Below, piece after piece: positions 55,195 through 63,362 of a stretch of 64,000 nucleotides of DNA. A program made the translations under genes and the position numbers. The DNA is from Limnothrix sp. BL-A-16 (GTDB lineage: Bacteria > Cyanobacteriota > Cyanobacteriia > CACIAM-69d), in NCBI GenBank assembly GCA_041937175.2, contig CP166615.1, forward strand, positions 2,272,001-2,336,000, given 5' to 3'. The notes under the pieces are model-generated. The model was not told the DNA's origin. It saw nothing but the letters and a program-made list of their open reading frames with translations, and made no database searches. The first letter of the stretch is position 1. Every line of letters begins with the position of its first letter.

Positions 55195-55617
55195 ATGACC
55201 GCCGCCCTCAGCCCCGCCGATCGCCACAATTACCAAACCCTGCTGGCCGACTATGGCCCCGGTCTGCGGGCGATCGATGCCCTTGATCAACACGATGGCG
55301 ACCTGATCAGCGCCGTCGAAACCCTGTGGAATCAGTCAGAAACTCCCAGCACTTTTGGCAAGGGTCAAAAACTGTGGGAAACCCTGTTAAAAGTCTTGCG
55401 CAAGGAACTCTGTGGCAACGAAGGGGTGCGCGCCCAGTTTCAGGAATACACCAAAAATCCCGGCAGTGCGCCCCTGTTGACGGGCTTGATTGTGTCAGTC
55501 ACCACGGCGGCGGGTTTACCGATCGACCCAGCGATTTCCACAATTGTGGTGTTGTATTTGCTCAAAATCGGTCTGAATGTGTTTTGTGAATACACCGAAC
55601 CCAAACCAGAATCATGA
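55195..55617 (+). CDS. Hypothetical protein (140 aa) with C-terminal hydrophobic hairpin
   Basis: ATG 55195 (MTAALSP); upstream part of the track ORF is antisense to the ABC-F gene; ATGA overlap with the next gene. Confidence 0.7.
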   Translation: MTAALSPADRHNYQTLLADYGPGLRAIDALDQHDGDLISAVETLWNQSETPSTFGKGQKLWETLLKVLRKELCGNEGVRAQFQEYTKNPGSAPLLTGLIVSVTTAAGLPIDPAISTIVVLYLLKIGLNVFCEYTEPKPES

Positions 55618-55973
55618 TCAGTCCATTACTCATCACTGATTCCATCACCCCCGCAACCTGGGAATTGCGATCGCGCCTGATCTGTCATCGTGAGCAAATC
55701 CAGGCGATCGCCGCTGACTACGGCATTAGTCACATGCGCATTTTCGGTTCCGTGGCCCGAGGAGAAGCAACCGCCGAAAGTGATATCGATTTTTTGGTGG
55801 AGATGGAACCCGATCGCAGTTTGCTCGATCGAATTGGCTGCATTCAGGATCTATCGGACTTGTTAAATTGCCCGATTGATGTTGTCACTCTCAAAAATAT
55901 CCGTGAGGAATGGCGCGATCGCATTCAACACGAGGCAATTTCACTGTGTGAAGTCCAACACGATCAAATTTGA
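55614..55973 (+). CDS. Minimal nucleotidyltransferase (MNT/MntA-type antitoxin)
   Basis: IFGSVARGE....SDIDFLV (GS-x10-DxD), DVVT. Confidence 0.88.
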   Translation: MISPLLITDSITPATWELRSRLICHREQIQAIAADYGISHMRIFGSVARGEATAESDIDFLVEMEPDRSLLDRIGCIQDLSDLLNCPIDVVTLKNIREEWRDRIQHEAISLCEVQHDQI

Positions 55974-55984
55974 TTTTGCTGGGG

Positions 55985-56350
55985 TTAATCGATCGCGTAG
56001 CCTGTATATTGTCGAACGGTGGGAGCATGGAAAGCGAGAACAATGTGATCTTTCGGAACTCCCAACTCTGTTAACTCATTGGCAATTCCACCTTCAATGC
56101 CATCATAGTGAATCCAGATTTTTTGGTTCCGAATTTCGGCATGAACTAGGCAACCATGCACTCTCTGATTCTCTTCCCAACCTTCTTGCATGAGCAGGAA
56201 ATGATTGCAATCTTGGCTCACCACTAAGTAGGTCACTACATTTCCATAGCGATAGGGCAACTTGGCATAGTCACCGAGAATTTTCTCTAGGAGCGATCGC
56301 CACTGGTTTAGGTTTTGTCCTTCTTGAGTGTCGAATGCTTCCATACTCAT
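55985..56350 (-). CDS. xisI: XisI family protein
   Basis: HFLLMQEGW..RVHGCLVH..KIWIHYDGIEGGIANEL..GVPKDHIVLAFH; start 56350 or 56344. Confidence 0.9.
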   Translation of the reverse strand: MSMEAFDTQEGQNLNQWRSLLEKILGDYAKLPYRYGNVVTYLVVSQDCNHFLLMQEGWEENQRVHGCLVHAEIRNQKIWIHYDGIEGGIANELTELGVPKDHIVLAFHAPTVRQYTGYAID

Positions 56351-56375
56351 GATTTGATAATAGTTCGGTAGTCCA

Positions 56376-56490
56376 GTAGGTTGGGTTGAGCCTCGCGAAA
56401 CCCAACGCAAGATCTGGGCTATGCGATCAATTACTTTCAAAACATAGCGTATTGATCGTGTTGGGTTTCGCACGGCTCAACCCAACCTAC
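56376..56490. repeat. GTAG-type REP doublet (REPIN-like)
   Basis: GTAGGTTGGGTTGAGCC-TCGCGAAACCCAACGC ... GTGTTGGGTTTCGCAC-GGCTCAACCCAACCTAC; each arm is itself a hairpin. Confidence 0.8.
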
Positions 56491-56600
56491 TGCTCTCAGT
56501 TAACGGTAGCTTCTGCGATCGCTGGTGGTTGATTTCGACATCCCGATCGCCTTGGTGAGGTTGTTAGGATGGGGCGAGTGATGAACCGATCGCTCCACCT

Positions 56601-59600
56601 ATGCCGACCATTCAGATTCGCGAAGTTGCTGCCGTTGTCGATGGGTTCACTGCTGAGGTGACGATCGCCCAGGATCTCAACACGAGCCGCGCCTATCCCG
56701 TCACGTTGCGGAATCCGTTTCAGCACAACGAAGAAGCGGATCTGGAATTCTTCTTTGAAGAGTGGTATCAGTTCCCGACGCTCGATCGGGAGCGGGCCGA
56801 TCGCGCCCGCCTGGCGATCGCTCAATATGGCCAAGAGCTGTTCGAGCAACTGTTGAAGGCGAATTCCGATGCCTACGCGGACTATCGGGACTTGCGGCGA
56901 TCGCAGGCCTTTGAGCGGGGCACGGTGCTGATCGAAATCATCGGCTCGCCGGAGTTTCAGGGGTGGCATTGGGAAGCCCTGCGCGATCCCGATTTGCCGG
57001 AACCGCTGTCACTGATGACCCCGATCGTCCGGCGCGACCCCCGGCGATCGGTTGCCAATCCGGCGCGGGTTGAGCCGTCTGGCTGGCTGAATTTGTTGGT
57101 GGTGACGGCGCGGCCCGGTTGGAGCCAGGATGTGAACTACCGGACGATTTCCCGGCCGTTGGTGGAGGCGATCGCCAATGCTCAGTTGCCCGTGAAGGTG
57201 GAGCTATTGCGGCCCGGCACTTGGGAAGCGCTCGATCGCCACCTGCAAGATGTCGGGCCGGGGTTCTATCACGCGGTGCATTTCGATTTGCATGGGTCGG
57301 TGCTGACTTACAAAGAAGCTAGCAAACTGCTCGATCGCCCCGCCCAAGCCAGCGGCCAAACCTTTCGGCGCGGTTATGGTTTGGGGGATTTGCCTGAATA
57401 TGACGGCTATCGGGCATTTCTGAGCTTTGAAGGAGAAGCGGCGGGCCAGTCAATTTTGGTGGAAGCGGCGGAGGTGGCAAATCTGCTGAAGACCCGGCAA
57501 ATTCCTCTTTGCATTTTGAATGCTTGCCAGTCTGCCAAGCAGATTAGCGGTGGCGAGGGGCCGGCGGCGGAAACCAGCCTGGGGGCCAAGCTGCTGGAGG
57601 CGGGGATGCAGGCGATCGTGGCCATGCGCTATTCGGTGATGGTGCGGGCGGCGGAACTGATGATGACGCGGTTCTATCAGGCGCTGTTTACCGAGCAGCC
57701 GGTGATGGAGGCGATTCGGTTGGGGCGGCGGGAGCTGTGGCAAACCAAAACCCGCCCCGGCCGGTTCAACATGCCGATCGAGCTGGAGGATTGGCTGTTG
57801 CCGGTGGTCTACAGTGGCGCGACGGTGAATTTGAATTTGCGGCCCCTGACGGCCGACGAAGAGGCGGCCCGGTGGACGGCGGAGGCCGATCGCGATCGCT
57901 TTGAGCCGCCGATCTATGGCTTTGTGGGACGGGACACGGACATTTTGGAGCTGGAGCGGCGGTTGTTGCAGCCCGATCGCAACGCTCTGTTGTTGCAGGG
58001 GATGGGCGGCACGGGCAAAACCACGCTGCTGCGCTATTTGCGCGACTGGTGGCAGCGGACGGGGCTGATTGAGCGATCGTTCTATTTTGGCTATGACGAG
58101 CGGGCCCACAACCTGGAGCAAATCGCCGCCAGCATTTTTCAGCAGCTTGATCCCGAGGGGTGGTTGCGGTTCCAGTCGTTCCCCTTGGCGGCGCGGTTGA
58201 CCAAGCTGACCCAACTGTTGCGATCGCGCCGCTATGCCTTGATTCTGGACAATTTGGAATCGGTGACGGCGGCGGCCCTGTCGATTCCCAACAGCCTGCC
58301 GGAGTCGGAGCAGCGGGCCTTGGCCCAATGGTTGCGCGGGTTGGTGGGGGGCAAAACCCTGATTTTGTTGGGGTCGCGGGGGGCGGAATCCTGGCTGGAG
58401 CCGGTCTATGGAGCCAATCGGCTGGGGTTGCGGGGGTTGGATCGGGATGCCCGCACGGAGCTGGCCCAAAAAATTCTGGAGCGACAGGTGGGCGACTCGC
58501 GCCGCATCGCTCAGATCAAGGATGATCCGGCCTTTGGGCAGTTGATGAAGCTGTTGGATGGCTATCCATTGGCGATGGAGGTGGTGTTGGGGAATCTGAA
58601 GCGCCAAACCCCCAGCGAAATTGTGGCGGGGCTGGCGGCGGCGGATGTGAATCTGGACAATCCGCAGGCCCAGGGCGACAAAACCCAAAGCATCATTGCT
58701 TGCATTGACTATTCCCACGGGGCGCTGTCGGCAGCGGCCCAGCAGGCATTGCTCTGTTTGGCTCCCTTCAGTGGGTTTATTAATTGCGATGGCAATTGCT
58801 TGGAACAGTATGCGGCGCGGTTGGCGGAGCAGCCGGCCTTAGCGGCTTGGTTGGGGGATTCGGGGGCAGAAATTTTGGCGGCGGCGGTGCAGGAGGCGGT
58901 GGATTGGGGGCTGTTGTCGCCGATTTCGCCGGAAGTACCGATCTTACTGACCATTCAGCCGACGTTGCCCTATTTCCTGAAGCTGAAGTTAGCGGAACGG
59001 GACAAAGAAACCCAAGCGGCGATTCGCAATGCCTTTAAGCAGCACTACATCGGCTTGGCGAATTACTACAACAATCGATTGCTGAAATCAAAGGAGCCAG
59101 ATCAGCGGCAATTGGGGATCTTTTTTGTGCGGCAGGAGTATGAAAATTGCTATGCAGCGCTGCAAATTTGCCTAGAGAAATTCGAGACGGCAGATATTTT
59201 CTTTTGCCTATTCCAATATTTGTACGTGACCCAAGATTGGCCGACTGCCAAGGCTTTGGCGGAACAAGTTCGGGCGGCCCATGCCCAATATCCTCCCGAA
59301 ATTCGTCAGGGCAAAATCGGCTTGGAAATTACGATGTCGCTCGATCGCCTGGCCTCTTGCCAATTGGAACTCAAGGACTATGCAGGCGCTCGGGCGGCTT
59401 ATTTGGAAGAACTCCAACAACTCGATCAACTACAAGGCGTTGACCGTCGCCAAATCTTAGCCAGCCAAGCCAGCACCTACCACCAGTTGGGAAGGGTTGC
59501 CCAGGGCTTGCGGGAGTATGCCGAAGCCCGCCGCTGCTACCAACAGGCCCTCGAAATCAAAATCGAGTTCGGCGAGTCTCCAGAGGAGAGGCTTCGCCAA

Positions 59601-60581
59601 CGCTACGAGCAAGCTGGCACCTACCACCAGTTGGGAATCGTTGCCCAGGAATTGCGGGAGTTTGCCGAAGCCCGCCGCTGCTACCAACAGGCCCTCGAAA
59701 TCAAAATCGAGTTCGGCGATCGCTACAGCCAAGCCAGCACCTATGGTCAGTTGGGAAGTGTGGCCCAGGAATTACGGGAGTTTGCCGAAGCCCGCCGCTG
59801 CTACCAACAGGCCCTCGAAATCAAAATCGAGTTCGGCGATCGCTACAGCCAAGCCAGCACCTACCACCAGTTGGGAATCGTCGCCCAGGAATTGCGGGAG
59901 TTTGCCGAAGCCCGCCGCTGCTACCAACAGGCCCTCGAAATCAAAATCGAGTTCGGCGATCGCTACAGCCAAGCCAGCACCTACCACCAGTTGGGAATCG
60001 TCGCCCAGGAATTGCGGGAGTTTGCCGAAGCCCGCCGCTGCTACCAACAGTCCCTCGAAATCAACATCGAGTTTGGCGATCGTTACGAGCAAGCTGACAC
60101 CTACCACCAGTTGGGAATCGTTGCCCAGGAATTGCGGGAGTTTGCCGAAGCCCGCCGCTGCTACCAACAGTCCCTCGAAATCAACATCGAGTTTGGCGAT
60201 CGTTACGAGCAAGCTGACACCTACCACCAGTTGGGAAATATTGCCTATCTACTGCGGGAGTTTGCCGCAGCCCGCCGCTGCTACCAACAGGCCCTCGAAA
60301 TCAACATCGAGTTCGGCGATTCCTATAGCCAAGCCAGCACATTCAATCAGCTAGGGTTGCTGTCTCAAGCAACGGAAAATTTCCCCAAAGCTCTCGATTA
60401 TTTCCTGCAAGCGCTGCAAATTTTTGCCCAATTTGAAGACACCCACCACGCCCAAGTTGTCCTCAGAAACATCGCCAACCTTTACCAACAAACCCAAGAC
60501 CCCAACATCCTCACCGCCGCCGCCGAAATCCTCGGTTGCACCCCCGACGACCTCGCCACCGCCTTCACCCAACAGCCGTAG
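56601..60581 (+). CDS. CHAT (caspase-like) protease - STAND/NB-ARC-like NTPase - TPR protein
   Basis: WHWEAL, VHFDLHG (His) and LNACQS (Cys) dyad; GMGGTGKTT Walker A, ILDNLE Walker B, GYPLAME; C-terminal 40-aa TPRs. Confidence 0.9.
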   Translation: MPTIQIREVAAVVDGFTAEVTIAQDLNTSRAYPVTLRNPFQHNEEADLEFFFEEWYQFPTLDRERADRARLAIAQYGQELFEQLLKANSDAYADYRDLRRSQAFERGTVLIEIIGSPEFQGWHWEALRDPDLPEPLSLMTPIVRRDPRRSVANPARVEPSGWLNLLVVTARPGWSQDVNYRTISRPLVEAIANAQLPVKVELLRPGTWEALDRHLQDVGPGFYHAVHFDLHGSVLTYKEASKLLDRPAQASGQTFRRGYGLGDLPEYDGYRAFLSFEGEAAGQSILVEAAEVANLLKTRQIPLCILNACQSAKQISGGEGPAAETSLGAKLLEAGMQAIVAMRYSVMVRAAELMMTRFYQALFTEQPVMEAIRLGRRELWQTKTRPGRFNMPIELEDWLLPVVYSGATVNLNLRPLTADEEAARWTAEADRDRFEPPIYGFVGRDTDILELERRLLQPDRNALLLQGMGGTGKTTLLRYLRDWWQRTGLIERSFYFGYDERAHNLEQIAASIFQQLDPEGWLRFQSFPLAARLTKLTQLLRSRRYALILDNLESVTAAALSIPNSLPESEQRALAQWLRGLVGGKTLILLGSRGAESWLEPVYGANRLGLRGLDRDARTELAQKILERQVGDSRRIAQIKDDPAFGQLMKLLDGYPLAMEVVLGNLKRQTPSEIVAGLAAADVNLDNPQAQGDKTQSIIACIDYSHGALSAAAQQALLCLAPFSGFINCDGNCLEQYAARLAEQPALAAWLGDSGAEILAAAVQEAVDWGLLSPISPEVPILLTIQPTLPYFLKLKLAERDKETQAAIRNAFKQHYIGLANYYNNRLLKSKEPDQRQLGIFFVRQEYENCYAALQICLEKFETADIFFCLFQYLYVTQDWPTAKALAEQVRAAHAQYPPEIRQGKIGLEITMSLDRLASCQLELKDYAGARAAYLEELQQLDQLQGVDRRQILASQASTYHQLGRVAQGLREYAEARRCYQQALEIKIEFGESPEERLRQRYEQAGTYHQLGIVAQELREFAEARRCYQQALEIKIEFGDRYSQASTYGQLGSVAQELREFAEARRCYQQALEIKIEFGDRYSQASTYHQLGIVAQELREFAEARRCYQQALEIKIEFGDRYSQASTYHQLGIVAQELREFAEARRCYQQSLEINIEFGDRYEQADTYHQLGIVAQELREFAEARRCYQQSLEINIEFGDRYEQADTYHQLGNIAYLLREFAAARRCYQQALEINIEFGDSYSQASTFNQLGLLSQATENFPKALDYFLQALQIFAQFEDTHHAQVVLRNIANLYQQTQDPNILTAAAEILGCTPDDLATAFTQQP
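59463..60340 (+). repeat. Intragenic array of about 7 near-identical 120-bp TPR-coding repeats
   Basis: Units in register at 59601, 59721, 59841, 59961, 60081, 60201, with partial flanking units. Confidence 0.95.
59572..59603. mobile_element. Very small structured element inserted in frame into a HIP1 site
   Basis: Other junctions read GGCGATCG(C/T)TAC; this one reads GGCGA-GTCTCCAGAGGAGAGGCTTCGCCAA-CGCTAC (net +24 nt). Confidence 0.7.
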
Positions 60582-60705
60582 GGTGCATGGGAGAACACTT
60601 GGCCATTAACAATCCTTTCCCTACACCTCCCATGCACCGCAATCGATCGCGCAAAAACAACAATCCTCGATCGATTGAATAACCACAACCCTCGGTGCGT
60701 GGGAG
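60578..60705. repeat. GTAG-type REP-like element, right arm incomplete
   Basis: GTAG-GGTGCATGGGAG (60578-60593) / CTCCCATGCACC (60627-60638); CAATCGATCG / CGATCGATTG; GGTGCGTGGGAG (60694-60705). Confidence 0.65.
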
Positions 60706-60726
60706 AGCAAATCAACCTTATGGCAA

Positions 60727-61947
60727 TCACGGGCGATCAACCCCAAACCCTTCCGCTTTCAGCATAGCTAAAGTTGCAATTGCTGCTTGGGTTTCTGCTT
60801 CCTTGATGGTCTTCCCTATCCCTTGGCCATACACTCGGTTCTGAAGCTTGACTTCTACAGTCCAAGGCTCCGCCCCTGGAACTGGACAGTAATCTACCAT
60901 GCCATATTTACTTGCATTTTCTGGCTGTTGTAGAAATTCTTGAAGAGCATTTTTAGGATGTCGGGCCGTTGCACCTTCGTAGCCCAGTTTATCGATCACT
61001 TGATCAAGCTTTGGCCAGAAGAATGCCTGAACTGCTGCCAAACCAGAATCAAGATAGTAGGCTCCAATCAATGCCTCAAAGGCATTAGCAAGAACTGAAT
61101 TCTTTTGACTAATTTTCTGATCACGCTTAAGCCCATTTCCTAGTCTCAGACAATCACCCAGATCCAATTGACTCGCAAAAAGCTCGAGTTGCGTATTTTC
61201 CACAATTCGAGATTTAATTTGAGTCAATTCTCCTTCGGTTAGGTACGGGTGTTTATTATGAATATACTCGGCCACTACCAATCCCAAAACGGAATCGCCT
61301 AAAAACTCCAGCCGTTCATTGTCATCGCCACTGCTTGGGTGTTCATTTTTATAAGACCTATGGGTTAAAGCCTGTTTCAGGAGGCTGAGATTCTGGAACG
61401 GAATTTGAGAAATGAGGCGATCGCACTGCTCTTGAAACTGTCGGTCTGCCTGATTGTTAGGGTTTAGACCCCATTGCTGCGCTTGGTTTTGATGACTCAA
61501 GGCTAGCAAAGCTTCATTTTGCTGGGTGACTACCTCTTCCAATAGAGGCGATCCGATCGCCTGTAGTAACCGACGAATGCTATCGAGCGATCGATAAACA
61601 TCTGCGGTGGGAAATTCTGATTCATGGGCCCACTGGTTACGAATTTCCTGAAGTTCATTGACTAGAACTTTGTCGCTTTTGCTTAATCGGTCTTTAAAGA
61701 CCTTGGTGTAATGCTTATCTAGAATTGTTAGTAAATTGGCTACATCTTCACTAATGATTTTGATGGGAGAATACTTTTTTAAAATTGGCTGGGCTGTTCG
61801 TAGCTTGGGTAAGAAATGTAGGGATTTTGTAGCCCAATCATCCCCATATTCTGTCTGCATGGCTTCCTGAATGAAAGGAAACAATCCCTGGCGCAAAAGC
61901 TCTAGGCCACGGGTAATCGTTTCCTTTCCCCAGTTTTGGTTTGACAT
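60727..61947 (-). CDS. rnc: Swt1-like HEPN domain fused to ribonuclease III and dsRBD
   Basis: N-terminal RNQWAH (RxxxxH); ALTHRSY, NERLEFLGDSVL, AFEALIGA; dsRBD PKNALQE...GIGKTIKEAETQAA. Confidence 0.85.
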   Translation of the reverse strand: MSNQNWGKETITRGLELLRQGLFPFIQEAMQTEYGDDWATKSLHFLPKLRTAQPILKKYSPIKIISEDVANLLTILDKHYTKVFKDRLSKSDKVLVNELQEIRNQWAHESEFPTADVYRSLDSIRRLLQAIGSPLLEEVVTQQNEALLALSHQNQAQQWGLNPNNQADRQFQEQCDRLISQIPFQNLSLLKQALTHRSYKNEHPSSGDDNERLEFLGDSVLGLVVAEYIHNKHPYLTEGELTQIKSRIVENTQLELFASQLDLGDCLRLGNGLKRDQKISQKNSVLANAFEALIGAYYLDSGLAAVQAFFWPKLDQVIDKLGYEGATARHPKNALQEFLQQPENASKYGMVDYCPVPGAEPWTVEVKLQNRVYGQGIGKTIKEAETQAAIATLAMLKAEGFGVDRP

Positions 61948-62005
61948 GATGTGAATTCACAATGACTAATTTCATGGTAGTCAGCAATTCACATTTCGTG
62001 GGAAC

Positions 62006-63148
62006 CTAGCGGCGACGATCGCCCCCAAATCGTCCAACTCGGCCGGTGGGTTTGCCCAGGTTGGCGCGGAGTTGGCCACAGGCTGCATCCGACTCCAGGC
62101 CCCGGGTGCGGCGGACACTGACGGCGACGCGGCGATCGTCCAGGGTTTGCATGAAGTCCCGCACGCGCATCGGGTCAGGGCGCTGGTAGTCTACCTCCGC
62201 GATCGGGTTGTAGGGAATCAGGTTGACGTGAGCTTGGAACCCGCGCAGCAACTCCGCTAGCTCGGCGGCACAGTCGCGGCTGTCGTTGACCCCCGCCAAC
62301 AGGATGTATTCAAAGGTGACGCGGCGGCCGGTTTCGGCGGCATAGTCGCGGCAGTCCTCGATCAGCTCCTCGATCGGGTATTGGGCGGCGCTGGGAACGA
62401 TCGACTCACGGATTTCCTGGTTGGGCGCGTGGAGGCTGACAGCCAGGGTGGCTTGCAACCGTTCGTTGGCGAGCTGCCGAATCCGGCCGGGAATACCGAC
62501 AGTGGAAATGGTGATGTAGCGCTTGCCGATGCCGATGTCTTGGTTGAGCGATCGCGTTGCACTCAGGACGGCGGCGGGGTTATGTAGCGGTTCGCCCATG
62601 CCCATAAACACCACATTGCTGACCCGGCGATCGAAGTCCTCTTGGACAGTCAGCACCTGATCCAAAATTTCCGATCGCGATAGGTTGCGCACAAAGCCGC
62701 CTTTGCCCGTGGCGCAAAAGTCGCAGGCCATGGCACAGCCCACTTGGGAGGACACACAAACCGTCAGCCGATCGCGGGTGGGAATGCCGACGGTTTCCAC
62801 GATCTGCCCGTCGGCCATTTTCAGCAGAAATTTTACGGTTCCGTCATGGCTCTCGGAGCGGTGGTGCAGCTCGGAGCGGCCGATCGGAATGTCGGCGGCC
62901 GCTTCCCGCCAGTTTTTGGGGAAAACGGTGATATCCATCAGCGATCGGGCCCCGCGTTCGTAGATCCATTGGTGGAGCTGCTTGGCACGGTAGGCGGGCT
63001 GTCCCTGGTCTTTCACCCATTGGGTGAGTTCCGTGAGGGAGCCACCCAACAGCGGCGGCAGGGGCTGACGATCGGGACGGGACTGCAAAATCTGCGAATC
63101 GGTTTGGGCAGCGGTGTTCAGGGCGATTGGGGCGGGAGCCATGGTCAA
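62006..63148 (-). CDS. rlmN: 23S rRNA (adenine2503-C2) methyltransferase
   Basis: [40 protein letters not shown]. Confidence 0.96.
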   Translation of the reverse strand: MTMAPAPIALNTAAQTDSQILQSRPDRQPLPPLLGGSLTELTQWVKDQGQPAYRAKQLHQWIYERGARSLMDITVFPKNWREAAADIPIGRSELHHRSESHDGTVKFLLKMADGQIVETVGIPTRDRLTVCVSSQVGCAMACDFCATGKGGFVRNLSRSEILDQVLTVQEDFDRRVSNVVFMGMGEPLHNPAAVLSATRSLNQDIGIGKRYITISTVGIPGRIRQLANERLQATLAVSLHAPNQEIRESIVPSAAQYPIEELIEDCRDYAAETGRRVTFEYILLAGVNDSRDCAAELAELLRGFQAHVNLIPYNPIAEVDYQRPDPMRVRDFMQTLDDRRVAVSVRRTRGLESDAACGQLRANLGKPTGRVGRFGGDRRR

Positions 63149-63362
63149 GTCTCAAGACAAAGGGCCGAACAAACCCCAAGACACCATCGCCACCAGCCAA
63201 GCGGGCGATCGGGCATGGGATTTGGGAATTAGGCGGATCAACGGCGGGCGATCGTGAAGCGATTCAGTAGTCGATTAGGGGTCGATCGAAGCCTGTATTA
63301 GCTTAGATCGTAGCGACTCTGATCGATGATTGCCCCGTTGTTTGTTTCTTGCCCGTCTCTCC

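Noticed and set aside
59463..60340. CRISPR array or DGR template/variable repeat pair
   Set aside because: Repeats are contiguous, in frame and lack spacers; differences are not adenine-specific; no cas or reverse transcriptase gene in the window
59497..60354. 285-aa alternative-frame ORF, plus antisense ORFs, over the TPR array
   Set aside because: A stop-free 120-bp unit makes long open frames automatically; the product is low-complexity
55614..61947. MNT acting as antitoxin to the HEPN of the RNase III fusion
   Set aside because: Genes are about 5 kb apart on opposite strands, and the HEPN is Swt1-like and lacks the RX4HXY tyrosine that MntA modifies (reads RNQWAHES)
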